A stretch of 63,612 nt of DNA, the filler included, from Actinomycetota bacterium (GTDB lineage Bacteria > Actinomycetota > Acidimicrobiia > Spongiisociales > UBA4744), in assembly GCA_013152275.1 (NCBI GenBank). It is 5 parts of 5 records of this genome, joined end to end, with 100 filler letters (N's around TTAATTAATTAA, not from the genome) between each part and the next. Parts side by side here need not be neighbours in the genome. Positions count along the whole stretch, not along the records: positions 1 to 26,008 come from JAADGS010000036.1; positions 26,109 to 50,005 come from JAADGS010000071.1; 3 more parts are not named here. One strand, written 5' to 3'. Shown here one piece after another: positions 20,531-30,138 of this stretch. Position 1 is the stretch's first letter. Each line of letters opens with the position of its first letter. The position numbers and the translations under genes were made by a program. The notes under the pieces were generated by a model that did not search any database, was not told the DNA's origin, and saw only the letters and a list, made by a program, of their open reading frames with translations.

Positions 20531-21585
20531 GGATCGCAATCGTGAGTCCATATGGCCTGGATCGACCCGGCGGTGTGCAGGAGCAGGCTCGTGGCCTGAC
20601 GAAGCATCTGACATCCGCCGGTCACGATGTCCGTCTGATCGGTCCCGGGACGTCCGACGGATCCTGGATATCGACTGGAGGCACCACCGAGGTGGAAGCC
20701 AACGCGGCCATCGCTCCGGTCTGTCTCGAACCGGGGGCGGTTGCGAAGGTGAAAGAATCGATCGTCTGGGCGCAGGTCGTGCATGTTCACGAACCGCTCG
20801 TTCCCGTCGTCGGCCCCGCGGCGTGGATGGGTGAGGGGATACCTTCGGTGGGGACGTTCCATGCGGATCCGGCAGCGATCGTGAGAGGGATCTATCGATT
20901 TGGAGGGCCCCTGCTTGCACACCTGTTGGGCCGGATCGATGCCCTCACCGCAGTAAGTGAGGAAGCAGCGCGGGCCATTCGGAGTTTCGTGCCACACCCG
21001 CTGCTCATTCCCAACGGGGTCGACGTTGCCACATTCGAGGTTTCCGACGATCGTGTCCCTCATCGCGTTGCGTTCGTGGGAAGGGACGATCGGCGCAAGG
21101 GACTCGATGTTCTTCTGCAGGCGTGGCCTCGCGTCCTGGGGACGGTGCCCGACGCGGAACTCGTTGTCGTCGGCGCGCGTCGTGACCTGCAGATTCCCGG
21201 AGTGAGCTTCGAGGGGAGGGTATCCGAGGAGCGGAAGCGGTCCCTGCTCGGGTCTGCGGCGGTCTACTGCGGACCCAATACGGGAGGTGAGAGCTTCGGC
21301 ATCACGCTGGTCGAGGGGATGGCTGCGAGCTGCGCGATAGTCGCTTCGGATCTCCCCGCGTTTCGCTCCGTCGCCGGGCCGGTCGCCTTCTATGTTCGTC
21401 CTGGGGACGCCGAGGATCTCGCGACCACTCTCGTGGATGTCCTCACCGATCGAGCACGCATGCGCGCGATGGGGGAAGCGGCGAGACGGCGGGCGTTGAG
21501 GTTCGACTGGAGTCGTGTGATCCCGCGTTGGGTCCGTCTCTACACGGAGGTGTCCGAAGGATTCGCACGTCGGCACCGTCGGTAG
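20527..21585 (+). CDS. pimA: GT4 phosphatidylinositol mannosyltransferase (PimA-like)
   Basis: SPY..PGGVQ, HVHEP, RKGL, NTGGESFGITLVEGMAA. Confidence 0.85.
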   Translation: MRIAIVSPYGLDRPGGVQEQARGLTKHLTSAGHDVRLIGPGTSDGSWISTGGTTEVEANAAIAPVCLEPGAVAKVKESIVWAQVVHVHEPLVPVVGPAAWMGEGIPSVGTFHADPAAIVRGIYRFGGPLLAHLLGRIDALTAVSEEAARAIRSFVPHPLLIPNGVDVATFEVSDDRVPHRVAFVGRDDRRKGLDVLLQAWPRVLGTVPDAELVVVGARRDLQIPGVSFEGRVSEERKRSLLGSAAVYCGPNTGGESFGITLVEGMAASCAIVASDLPAFRSVAGPVAFYVRPGDAEDLATTLVDVLTDRARMRAMGEAARRRALRFDWSRVIPRWVRLYTEVSEGFARRHRR

Positions 21586-21608
21586 AATCAGGTTGAGGAG
21601 GAACGAAC

Positions 21609-22490
21609 GTGGAACGTGGAACTGATCTCGTGAAACGCGGCCTTGCGGAAATGCTCAAGGGCGGCGTGATCATGGATGTCATCAATGCGGAGCAGGCAAC
21701 GATCGCCGAAGAGGCTGGTGCCGTGGCGGTCATGGCGCTGGAGCGGGTTCCGGCCGATATCCGCAGGGAAGGCGGCGTCGCGCGCATGGCCGACCCGCAG
21801 AAGGTCGAAGAGATCATGGCTGCCGTCAGCATCCCCGTGATGGCGAAGGCACGAATCGGACATTTTGTCGAGGCACAGATTCTCCAGTCGCTGGGGGTCG
21901 ACTACATCGACGAGAGCGAAGTGCTCACTCCCGCAGACGAGGAGCATCACATCGACAAGTGGCAGTTCACGACGCCGTTCGTGTGTGGGGCCCGAAACCT
22001 GGGTGAGGCCCTCCGGCGAATCGCCGAAGGTGCCGCCATGATCCGCACGAAAGGTGAGGCCGGGACCGGCAACGTGGTGGAGGCGGTTCGGCACGTTCGC
22101 ACGGTGAACAGAGAGCTGCGCGCACTTACGACAATGGGAGCGGAGGAGCTCGCGGCTGCGGCCAAACAGCTTGGAGCCTCGGTCGAACTGGTGAGAGAAG
22201 TCGCCGGGACCGGCAAGCTCCCCGTGGTCAACTTTGCCGCAGGGGGCATTGCCACTCCTGCAGACGCTGCACTGATGATGCAACTCGGCTGTGAGGGTGT
22301 GTTCGTGGGGTCGGGCATCTTCAAGAGCGAAGATCCTGCACCCAGGGCCCGAGCGATCGTCGAGGCGGTGACTTTCTACCAGGATCCGTCGGCCATCGCG
22401 AAGGCCTCCAAAGGTCTCGGCGAGCCGATGCACGGTATCGACATGAGTGAACTCGACGAGGGCGACCTGCTCCAGACTCGGGGCTGGTAG
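21609..22490 (+). CDS. pdxS: PLP synthase lyase subunit
   Basis: [47 protein letters not shown]. Confidence 0.98.
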   Translation: MERGTDLVKRGLAEMLKGGVIMDVINAEQATIAEEAGAVAVMALERVPADIRREGGVARMADPQKVEEIMAAVSIPVMAKARIGHFVEAQILQSLGVDYIDESEVLTPADEEHHIDKWQFTTPFVCGARNLGEALRRIAEGAAMIRTKGEAGTGNVVEAVRHVRTVNRELRALTTMGAEELAAAAKQLGASVELVREVAGTGKLPVVNFAAGGIATPADAALMMQLGCEGVFVGSGIFKSEDPAPRARAIVEAVTFYQDPSAIAKASKGLGEPMHGIDMSELDEGDLLQTRGW

Positions 22491-22492
22491 GA

Positions 22493-23065
22493 GTGTCGGA
22501 CATCGGGATACTCGCCCTGCAGGGCGACGTCCGCGAGCATGCACGCATGATCGGCGCGCTTGGATACTCGACTCGCGAGGTGCGACTGCCAGACGATCTC
22601 GAGGGGTTGTCGGGGCTGGTTCTCCCCGGAGGCGAGTCGACGACCATCGGGCGGCTCTCGGAACGCTTCGAGCTGCTGGGTCCGCTGCGCGAAGTGATCG
22701 GCTCCGGCCTGCCGACCTTGGGTACGTGCGCCGGGATGATCTTCCTTGCTTCAGGTGTGACCGAGGGCGAGCAACAGCAGCTGGGGGTCATCGATGCGGT
22801 GGTTCGCCGCAACGCCTTCGGGCGGCAGAACGATTCCTTCGAAGCCGATCTCGAAGTGCGAGGTCTGTCGGAGCCCTTCCACGCGGTGTTCATTCGGGCG
22901 CCCTGGGTGGAGCGCCTGGGACCCGACGTCGAGGTTCTGGCGGACATCGATGGACATCCGGTGCTGATTCGGAGCAACAATGTCGTCGCCGGATCGTTTC
23001 ATCCGGAGCTGACCGGTGATGCGAGAATCCATAAGATGGTCCTGAGCGGCACGGGAGCTGGCTGA
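22493..23065 (+). CDS. pdxT: PLP synthase glutaminase subunit
   Basis: LALQGD, PGGESTT, GTCAG, RNAFGRQ, FIRAP, FHPEL. Confidence 0.97.
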   Translation: MSDIGILALQGDVREHARMIGALGYSTREVRLPDDLEGLSGLVLPGGESTTIGRLSERFELLGPLREVIGSGLPTLGTCAGMIFLASGVTEGEQQQLGVIDAVVRRNAFGRQNDSFEADLEVRGLSEPFHAVFIRAPWVERLGPDVEVLADIDGHPVLIRSNNVVAGSFHPELTGDARIHKMVLSGTGAG

Positions 23066-23805
23066 TGTCTGGACATTCGAAGTGGTCGACGATCAAACAC
23101 AAGAAGGGAGCGAAGGACGCCCAGAGGGGGAAGCTCTTCGCGAAGCTCGTCAAGGGGATCGAGATGGCGGCCAGAGAAGGAGGCGGTGACCCTGCGGCGA
23201 ACGCCGCGCTTGCACACGCCATCGACAAGGCGAAGTCGGCTTCGGTCCCCAACGACAACATCGATCGTGCCATCAAGCGAGGCATCGGTGAGGTGGAGGG
23301 CATCTCCTACGAGGAGTTCTGGTACGAAGGGTACGGGCCGGGCGGTGTCGCGCTCTTTGTGCAGGTTCTGACCGACAATCGCAATCGCGCCGCATCGGAT
23401 GTGCGCTCCACGTTCTCGCGGAACGGCGGAAGCCTGGGTGAGCCGGGCTCCGTTTCGTATGTCTTCGAACAGAAGGGGTATCTGCTCGTTGAAGGGGACG
23501 AGGACGAGATCATGCTCGCAGCGCTCGAAGCCGGCGCGGAAGACATACGACCTTCCGATGGAGCCTTTGAAGTCATCACGGAACCCGGACTGTTCACCGA
23601 AGTGCGGCACGCGCTGGAAGGAATCGCCACCAAGATCGAGACTGCGGAGGTCACCCGGCTCCCGAAGGCGACGGTTCCGGTCGACCGTTCCACGGCGCGG
23701 AAGGTTCTGCGGCTCGTCGACGCCCTCGAGGATCTCGACGACGTGCAGGAGGTGTTCTCCAATTTCGATATCCCGGATGAGGTGATGGCCGATCTCATGG
23801 AGTGA
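23065..23805 (+). CDS. yebC: YebC/PmpR family protein
   Basis: MSGHSKWSTIKHKK, YEGYGPGG, TDNRNR, LEDLDDVQEVFSN. Confidence 0.96.
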   Translation: MSGHSKWSTIKHKKGAKDAQRGKLFAKLVKGIEMAAREGGGDPAANAALAHAIDKAKSASVPNDNIDRAIKRGIGEVEGISYEEFWYEGYGPGGVALFVQVLTDNRNRAASDVRSTFSRNGGSLGEPGSVSYVFEQKGYLLVEGDEDEIMLAALEAGAEDIRPSDGAFEVITEPGLFTEVRHALEGIATKIETAEVTRLPKATVPVDRSTARKVLRLVDALEDLDDVQEVFSNFDIPDEVMADLME

Positions 23806-23847
23806 TCGGTGCGCAATCCGCGGGTGTGTCCGGTGCCCCGGTTATGA

Positions 23848-23863
23848 TCGTACATATGTTCGT
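23848..23863 (+). promoter_or_regulatory. LexA (SOS) box overlapping a -10 element and the ruvC start codon
   Basis: TCGTAC-ATAT-GTTCGT vs consensus TCGAAC-N4-GTTCGA; TATGAT at 23843-23848. Confidence 0.75.
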
Positions 23864-24332
23864 TCTGGGTATCGATCCTGGTCTCACGACGACTGGATAC
23901 GCAGTCGTCACGGCTCGGGAAGTCGCCGCGATCGGAGTGATCCGAACGCAGGTCGGTCTTCCGGTTCCGGAACGTCTGCTGGAAATCCATCGGGATGTGA
24001 GCGCCTTGATCCAAGAGTATGCCCCGTCAGTGATGGCGATCGAACGGGTCTTCGTGAACCGCAATCTCCAGACGGCGATGTCGGTCGTGAGAGCATCCGG
24101 TGTTGCGATGCTGGCTGCCGCCGCGGCCGGGATTCCTGTCCTGGAGTACACGCCGTCCAAGGTGAAGGCGGCAGTGGCCGGATACGGGAATGCAACCAAG
24201 GGTCAGGTACAGCGGATGGTGGCGTTGCGCATGGGGCTTGGTGAGGTGCCGAAACCGCCGGACGCGGCCGACGCACTCGCCGTGGCGCTCTGCCACCTCC
24301 AGGAGGATGGTCTGCGCAGGAGAATCCCATGA
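23856..24332 (+). CDS. ruvC: Holliday junction resolvase
   Basis: VLGIDPG, MAIE, EYTP..VK, PDAADALAVALCH. Confidence 0.95.
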   Translation: MFVLGIDPGLTTTGYAVVTAREVAAIGVIRTQVGLPVPERLLEIHRDVSALIQEYAPSVMAIERVFVNRNLQTAMSVVRASGVAMLAAAAAGIPVLEYTPSKVKAAVAGYGNATKGQVQRMVALRMGLGEVPKPPDAADALAVALCHLQEDGLRRRIP

Positions 24333-24898
24333 TTGCGAGCCTGAGCGGCACCGTTGCGGCTTCGACGAACGATCGGCTGATTCTTCAGGTGGGCGGCGTC
24401 GGTTTCGAGATCAGAGTGACACCGAGTACTCGAGCCGAGATTGGGGGGGCGGGAACCGAGGCGATGTTGCACACCCACCTTCACGTCAGAGAAGATGCAC
24501 TCGAGTTCTACGGTTTCCCGACCGCCGGCGACAGAGATCTCTTTCGCCTCCTGCTCACCGCCTCCGGCATCGGTCCGAAGGTGGCGATGGCCGTGATGGG
24601 CGCGCTTACGGCCGATGAGATCCGTCGTGCCGTAGTCACCGAAGACGCAGTCGCCTTGACGGTGGTCCCGGGCATCGGCATGCGCAGTGCCCAGAAACTG
24701 ATCCTGGAGCTGCGCCCGAAGCTTGCGGGGGCGGAGGCCGACGTGATGGGCGGTGCAGCGCTCTCGCGGGTACGCGAAGCGCTGGAGGGTCTTGGTTACG
24801 CCGCAGCCGAGATCCACCAGGTCGTCGGGTCCCTTCCGGCCGATGCGCCTATCGAGGAGAATCTGCGCATGGCACTCAAAGCACTGGGAAAACGATGA
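24329..24898 (+). CDS. ruvA: Holliday junction branch migration protein
   Basis: MIASLSG, VGGVGF, VRED..FYGF, SGIGPK, PGIG. Confidence 0.96.
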   Translation: MIASLSGTVAASTNDRLILQVGGVGFEIRVTPSTRAEIGGAGTEAMLHTHLHVREDALEFYGFPTAGDRDLFRLLLTASGIGPKVAMAVMGALTADEIRRAVVTEDAVALTVVPGIGMRSAQKLILELRPKLAGAEADVMGGAALSRVREALEGLGYAAAEIHQVVGSLPADAPIEENLRMALKALGKR

Positions 24899-25920
24899 GA
24901 GAAGACCTTCTGAGCGCGACACGCCTTCCAGATGACGAGATGGTCGACGAAACACTTCGACCGGAACGTCTCGAGGAATTCGTGGGACAGAGCAAGGTGA
25001 AAGAACGTCTGCAGATCAGCCTGGATGCAGCCAAACAATTGGGACACGCGCTCGACCACGTGCTTCTGTCCGGCCCTCCCGGACTCGGCAAGACGACGCT
25101 CGCAGGGATCATCGCGCACGAACTGGACACCCGGATCCGGGTTACATCGGGTCCTGCGCTCGAACGGCCCGGTGATGTGGCATCGATCGTCACCAACCTC
25201 GAGGAGGGTGAGGTTCTGTTCATCGACGAGATTCATCGACTTCCTCGCGTCGTCGAGGAGGTGCTCTATCCGGCGATGGAGGACTTCCGGCTCGATATCG
25301 TTCTCGGCAAGGGACCGTCGGCGCAGTCGATCCGGCTCGAATTGCCCCGGTTCACCCTGGTCGGGGCGACCACGCGCAAGGGCAAGGTCACTGCACCACT
25401 CCGGGATCGGTTCGGCATCGTCGACAAACTCGAGTACTACTCGGATGACGAGCTCGAGCAGATCGTCATGCGTTCTGCCGGAATCATGAGTGTGCCGATC
25501 ACCGGCGGCGGCGCGAGCGTGATTGCGGGGAGGAGCAGAGGCACTCCAAGGATTGTCAATCGGCTCCTCGCCAGGGTGCGGGACTTTGCCGTTGCCCGGG
25601 CCGGAGGCGTCGCGGACGAAGAGACTGCTTCGGAGGCACTTCGGGTCTTCGAGGTCGACGAACTCGGTCTCGATCGTGTGGACCGGGACATCCTCCGTGC
25701 CGTGGCCGAGACCTTCGGCGGGGGTCCCGTCGGCCTGTCCACGTTGGCGATCGTCGTCGGGGAGGAAGCCGAGACGGTCGAGGATGCCTACGAACCATTC
25801 CTCCTGCAACGAGGGCTTCTGCAGCGGACTCCACGAGGCCGCATGGCGACGGCGGCCGCGTTTGCGCATCTCGGCCTCGAGCCTCCACACGACCTGCAGC
25901 CTCGCCTGCTGGACACCTGA
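24895..25920 (+). CDS. ruvB: Holliday junction branch migration ATPase
   Basis: [40 protein letters not shown]. Confidence 0.98.
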   Translation: MREDLLSATRLPDDEMVDETLRPERLEEFVGQSKVKERLQISLDAAKQLGHALDHVLLSGPPGLGKTTLAGIIAHELDTRIRVTSGPALERPGDVASIVTNLEEGEVLFIDEIHRLPRVVEEVLYPAMEDFRLDIVLGKGPSAQSIRLELPRFTLVGATTRKGKVTAPLRDRFGIVDKLEYYSDDELEQIVMRSAGIMSVPITGGGASVIAGRSRGTPRIVNRLLARVRDFAVARAGGVADEETASEALRVFEVDELGLDRVDRDILRAVAETFGGGPVGLSTLAIVVGEEAETVEDAYEPFLLQRGLLQRTPRGRMATAAAFAHLGLEPPHDLQPRLLDT

Positions 25921-25934
25921 GAACAGAGCAGGTC

Positions 25935-26008
25935 ATGCGGACCAGCGAGTTCGACTACGTCCTGCCCAGGGACGCGATCGCCCAAAGGCCGGTCGCACCC
26001 AGGGATGC
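25935..26008 (+). CDS. queA: tRNA preQ1 SAM ribosyltransferase-isomerase, N-terminus only (cut by linker)
   Basis: MRTSEFDYVLPRDAIAQRPVAPRD matches the QueA start; usual position after ruvB. Confidence 0.8.
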
Positions 26009-26108
26009 NNNNNNNNNNNNNNNNNNNNNNNNNNNNNNNNNNNNNNNNNNNNTTAATTAATTAANNNNNNNNNNNNNNNNNNNNNNNNNNNNNNNNNNNN
26101 NNNNNNNN
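26009..26108. other. Artificial contig linker
   Basis: 100 nt: Ns with central TTAATTAATTAA six-frame stop. Confidence 0.99.
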
Positions 26109-26110
26109 GC

Positions 26111-29100
26111 CCCTGGCTCGGCACCTTCTGCCTCGTCGCCCTCTACGACAAAGCCCTCACCCCCACCGAGATCACCCAAAACTACGACGCAGGCTGCACC
26201 ATTCCGACGGGACCCGACGTAACGGATCCGGTAATCGACCCTTCACAGGCATTCGCGGCCGCCGGCAACGCAGGCATCGGGACCCCGGTAGGCACGATCA
26301 CCGCCTCCGACAACGTCGGTGTTGCCGGCTTCACCGTCACCGGCGGCAACGGCTCAACCGTGTTCGACGTCGCAGCAGACGGTGTGATCACCGTCGCCGG
26401 TCCACTCGACTTCTCTGCCAACCCGGTCTATGAACTCGTGGTGGTCGCCTCCGACGACGCCGGAAACACTTCCCTTCCCGAGACGGTGGCCATTCTCGGC
26501 GCGATTCCCTCCTGGACCCACTACTCCAGCGCCACCGGCGAGTTGCCCACGCCGTCGACGTCCTCTGCACAGACCGCCTCACTCGTGCTGGATGTCGACA
26601 AGGATGGTGACCTCGACTTCGTGATCGCCGGCCGCCCTCCGGGCCCTTCGCTGGTCTGGTTCGAGCGCAGTAGCACCGGCTGGACCGAGCACGTAATCGA
26701 AACTGGCGGACTCATGATCGAAGCCGGCGGTGCCTTCGCCGACATCGACGGTGACGGAGATCCGGACATTGTCATGGGAGGAGACGTACCCGACAGCCAG
26801 GTGTGGTGGTGGGAGAATCCCTACCCCGACTACACGTCGGGTGTGGGATGGACCAGACGCGTGCTGGCTTCCTCCAGTAGCTTCACCTACCTGCACGATC
26901 AGATCTTCGGTGATTTCGATGGTGACGGGGCTCTGGAGATGGCTTTCTGGGACCGAGGCGGCTCCGCCCTGCAACTGGCGGAAATCCCCGCCGACCCGCT
27001 CACCACTCAACCCTGGGTGCACACCCAGATCTACTCCTACTCCGGCACCACACGCTACGGGCTCGCCACGGCCGACATCGACCTCGACGGCAAGGTCGAC
27101 ATCGTCGGTGGCGGCATGTGGTTCAAGCACAACGGCGGTACCAGCTACACGCCCAATGTGATCGACCCAGTGCCCAACCTGCGGGTGGCCGTCGGCCAGC
27201 TGATCCCCGGAGGACGCCCCGAAGTCGTCACGGTGGAGCATCAGGGTGTAGGCCGTCTGCGCTGGCATCAGTGGGACGGCACCGCGTGGCAGGAATACAC
27301 CCTCCTCGACAACCTCACCGATGTCCACACCCTCGACATCGGCGACATCAATGGAGACGGCTTCCTGGATATCTTCCTCGCGGAGATGCGCATCGACAGC
27401 GGAAACCCGGGGGCGCGCATGTGGGTACTCCTCGGTGACGGAACCGGGCGGTTTGCGACCACGATCGTCGCCACCGGCTTCGGTAATCATGAATCGAGAC
27501 TGGGAGATCTCGACGCCGACGGCGATATCGACATTCTCGACAAGCCCTTCAACTGGGACACACCCCGTGTCGATCTGTGGCTCAACAGCGGCACCCCCGA
27601 GCTGAATATCCGACCCGTGGCCGATATCGTCACCAACACCACCACCGGGCTCGTGCCGCTCACGGTGGATTTCGACGGACGGGGATCCTCTGACGACGGA
27701 AGCATCGTCTCCTACGAATGGGACTTCGGGGACGGGAACTCCGCCGTCGGCGACCTGGTGACCCACACCTATACGGCTTCCGGCGACTTCACCGCCCAGT
27801 TGACCGTCACAGACGACCTCGGGGCTTCTTCGACCGCCACCGTCACCATCTCCGTCACCAGCCCCGACACCAACCCGCCGGTCATCTCCGGAATCGGTGC
27901 CATCACGACGATGAACTCGGCAACGGTCACATGGACCACCGACGAAGTTGCGACCAGCCGCCTGGAATGGGGCACCGCCACCGGCGTTTACACGCTCGGT
28001 TCTGCCGAGGATCTCACTCCCAAGACCTCCCACAGCCTGGATGCCATCGGCCTCGACCCCGCCACCACCTACCACTACCGGGTCATCTCCACCGACGGAT
28101 CGGCCAACACTGCCACCTCCGGCGACCTCACCTTCACGACCGAGGCGGACTCCGCTCCGGTCATCGACATCTGGTATGGCGCCAACCAGCGCTTCGGGCA
28201 TCTGGGCCGGCCGCAGGTGTGGGTCGACATCCTCGGCAACGTGCAGGATCCGGACGGTGTCGCCACCCTGACGTTCAGCCTCAACGGCGGTCCCGACCAG
28301 ACCATGTCGATGGGACCCGACACCCGCCGCCTACTCATGCCCGGCGACTTCAACGCCCAGATAGCCACGTCCGACTTGAACTCGGGCGACAATACGGTCG
28401 TCATCACCGCGATCGACACGGGCGGCATCACCGCCACCGAGACGGTAACGGTGAACTGGACCCCCGGAGTGACGTGGGCGCTCCCCTACTCGATCGTGTG
28501 GTCCACCGCCTCCGTCATCCAGGATGTCGCTCAGGTCGTGGACGGCAAGTGGGAACTGAGCGCACAGGGAGTCCGGCCGCTGGAGCTCGGCTACGACCGG
28601 CTCATCGACATCGGCGACGTCACCTGGACCGACTATGAGATCACCGTGCCGGTCACCCTCAACGGGCTGGACACCAGCTACGACTGGTCCACGGGACCCA
28701 GCTACGGGCCGGCACTGGGAGTCCTGATGCGCTGGGACGGCCACGACGACTGGGACGGCAGCCAACCGACCTGGGGCTGGTACCCGATGGGTGCCTTCGG
28801 CATGCAGCGCTGGCGGGCCGGCGGAACCGAGTCGCTACAGATCATGGGCAATGAGGGAACGCTCGAAGCCGAGGACACGTCCCGCACGCTCACCATCGGT
28901 GAGACCTACATCTACAAGATGCGGGTCGAGTCCAACGCCGGGGGCGCGCTCTACAGCCTCAAGGTGTGGAACCAGTCACAAGCGGAGCCCGCCGGATGGG
29001 ACCTCACCGACCAGGAGGCCCTCACGGATCCGCAGAACGGATCGGTGCTGCTGGTAGCCCATCACGTCGATGCCACGTTCGGCGACGTCACCATCACCGC

Positions 29101-30007
29101 CGTCGTCGATGTCGACCCCCCGGTGATCAGCGGCGTCACGGCGAGCACTACCGACATCTCGGCAACCGTCTCCTGGGCCACCGATGAAGCAGCTGCAAGC
29201 CGACTCGAGTGGGGTCCGGCCAGCGGCGATTACTCGCTGGGCTCCTCGCAGGATCCGACGCTGAAGACGGCGCATAGTCTTCAAGCGACCGGACTCGACC
29301 CCGACACGACATACCACTACCGGGTCATCTCCACCGACGGGTCGGCCAACACGGCCATCTCTCCCGACTACACCTTCACCACCCAATCGGCGGGTATCGA
29401 CCCGTCAGGACTCGTCTCCGACGAGTTCAACGGAACCTCCCTCGACACATCCGTCTGGAGCACCTTCGACCCGCTCGGAGATGGCGGCATCACCGTGACC
29501 GGTGGACATTTGGAGCTGTCGGTGGGGGCCGGACCGGCTCACGACCCCTGGTCGGGCGGCAACACGACCGTTCGAGCCATGCAGGCCGCCAACGACACCG
29601 ACTTCGAAGTGGTGGCGAAGTTCGACTCAACGGTCACGTCGACGTACCAGGGCCAAGGCATCCTGGTGGAAGAGTCGCCCACCCGGTTCCTGCGTTTCGA
29701 CGTCTATTCGTACTCGGGAAGCGTGCACGTCTTCTCGGCGTTCATCGACGGCAGCAGCGTCACCACCCAGCTCGACACGGTGGTGCCGTTGAGCGCTCCC
29801 ATGTGGTTCCGTGTCAATCGGACCGGACAGACCTGGACCTATTCCACATCAACGAATGGAACTGCCTGGACGCAGCGGGTGAGCTTCACACAGCCGATCA
29901 CGGTTACCGCGGTCGGGGTGTTCGCAGGCAACTTCCCCGACGGCACCGCTCCCGCCCACACGGCGCTGGTGGACAGCTTCATCAACACCACCGGGACAGC
30001 GCCCTGA
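26111..30007 (+). CDS. Large extracellular multidomain protein, 5' truncated (LamG tail, cadherin-like, FG-GAP/VCBS repeats, PKD, two FN3-like, ConA/DUF1349-like)
   Basis: Frame open from contig start; ALYDKALTPTEITQNY, repeated DxDGDGxxD, YEWDFGDG, duplicated GLDPxTTYHYRVISTDGSANT. Confidence 0.8.
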   Translation, partial: PWLGTFCLVALYDKALTPTEITQNYDAGCTIPTGPDVTDPVIDPSQAFAAAGNAGIGTPVGTITASDNVGVAGFTVTGGNGSTVFDVAADGVITVAGPLDFSANPVYELVVVASDDAGNTSLPETVAILGAIPSWTHYSSATGELPTPSTSSAQTASLVLDVDKDGDLDFVIAGRPPGPSLVWFERSSTGWTEHVIETGGLMIEAGGAFADIDGDGDPDIVMGGDVPDSQVWWWENPYPDYTSGVGWTRRVLASSSSFTYLHDQIFGDFDGDGALEMAFWDRGGSALQLAEIPADPLTTQPWVHTQIYSYSGTTRYGLATADIDLDGKVDIVGGGMWFKHNGGTSYTPNVIDPVPNLRVAVGQLIPGGRPEVVTVEHQGVGRLRWHQWDGTAWQEYTLLDNLTDVHTLDIGDINGDGFLDIFLAEMRIDSGNPGARMWVLLGDGTGRFATTIVATGFGNHESRLGDLDADGDIDILDKPFNWDTPRVDLWLNSGTPELNIRPVADIVTNTTTGLVPLTVDFDGRGSSDDGSIVSYEWDFGDGNSAVGDLVTHTYTASGDFTAQLTVTDDLGASSTATVTISVTSPDTNPPVISGIGAITTMNSATVTWTTDEVATSRLEWGTATGVYTLGSAEDLTPKTSHSLDAIGLDPATTYHYRVISTDGSANTATSGDLTFTTEADSAPVIDIWYGANQRFGHLGRPQVWVDILGNVQDPDGVATLTFSLNGGPDQTMSMGPDTRRLLMPGDFNAQIATSDLNSGDNTVVITAIDTGGITATETVTVNWTPGVTWALPYSIVWSTASVIQDVAQVVDGKWELSAQGVRPLELGYDRLIDIGDVTWTDYEITVPVTLNGLDTSYDWSTGPSYGPALGVLMRWDGHDDWDGSQPTWGWYPMGAFGMQRWRAGGTESLQIMGNEGTLEAEDTSRTLTIGETYIYKMRVESNAGGALYSLKVWNQSQAEPAGWDLTDQEALTDPQNGSVLLVAHHVDATFGDVTITAVVDVDPPVISGVTASTTDISATVSWATDEAAASRLEWGPASGDYSLGSSQDPTLKTAHSLQATGLDPDTTYHYRVISTDGSANTAISPDYTFTTQSAGIDPSGLVSDEFNGTSLDTSVWSTFDPLGDGGITVTGGHLELSVGAGPAHDPWSGGNTTVRAMQAANDTDFEVVAKFDSTVTSTYQGQGILVEESPTRFLRFDVYSYSGSVHVFSAFIDGSSVTTQLDTVVPLSAPMWFRVNRTGQTWTYSTSTNGTAWTQRVSFTQPITVTAVGVFAGNFPDGTAPAHTALVDSFINTTGTAP

Positions 30008-30033
30008 CCGGCGGCGACGCGGACTCTCCACCC

Positions 30034-30086
30034 CCGTTCTCGTGACGGTTCGATGGGATTATTCCCGTGAAGCGTCACGAGAACGG
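30034..30086. repeat. REP-like hairpin, copy 2
   Basis: CCGTTCTCGTGACGGTTCGATGGGATTATTCCCGTGAAGCGTCACGAGAACGG, identical to the copy 3 core. Confidence 0.92.
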
Positions 30087-30138
30087 GCGGTCGTCGATGG
30101 ACCACGTCTAGTCTCAAACCTCACGCCCAGGAGTGTGC

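Noticed and set aside
26009..26108. TTAATTAATTAA palindromes within N runs (four places)
   Set aside because: Identical 100-nt artificial linkers; ORFs crossing them and cross-contig synteny are not real
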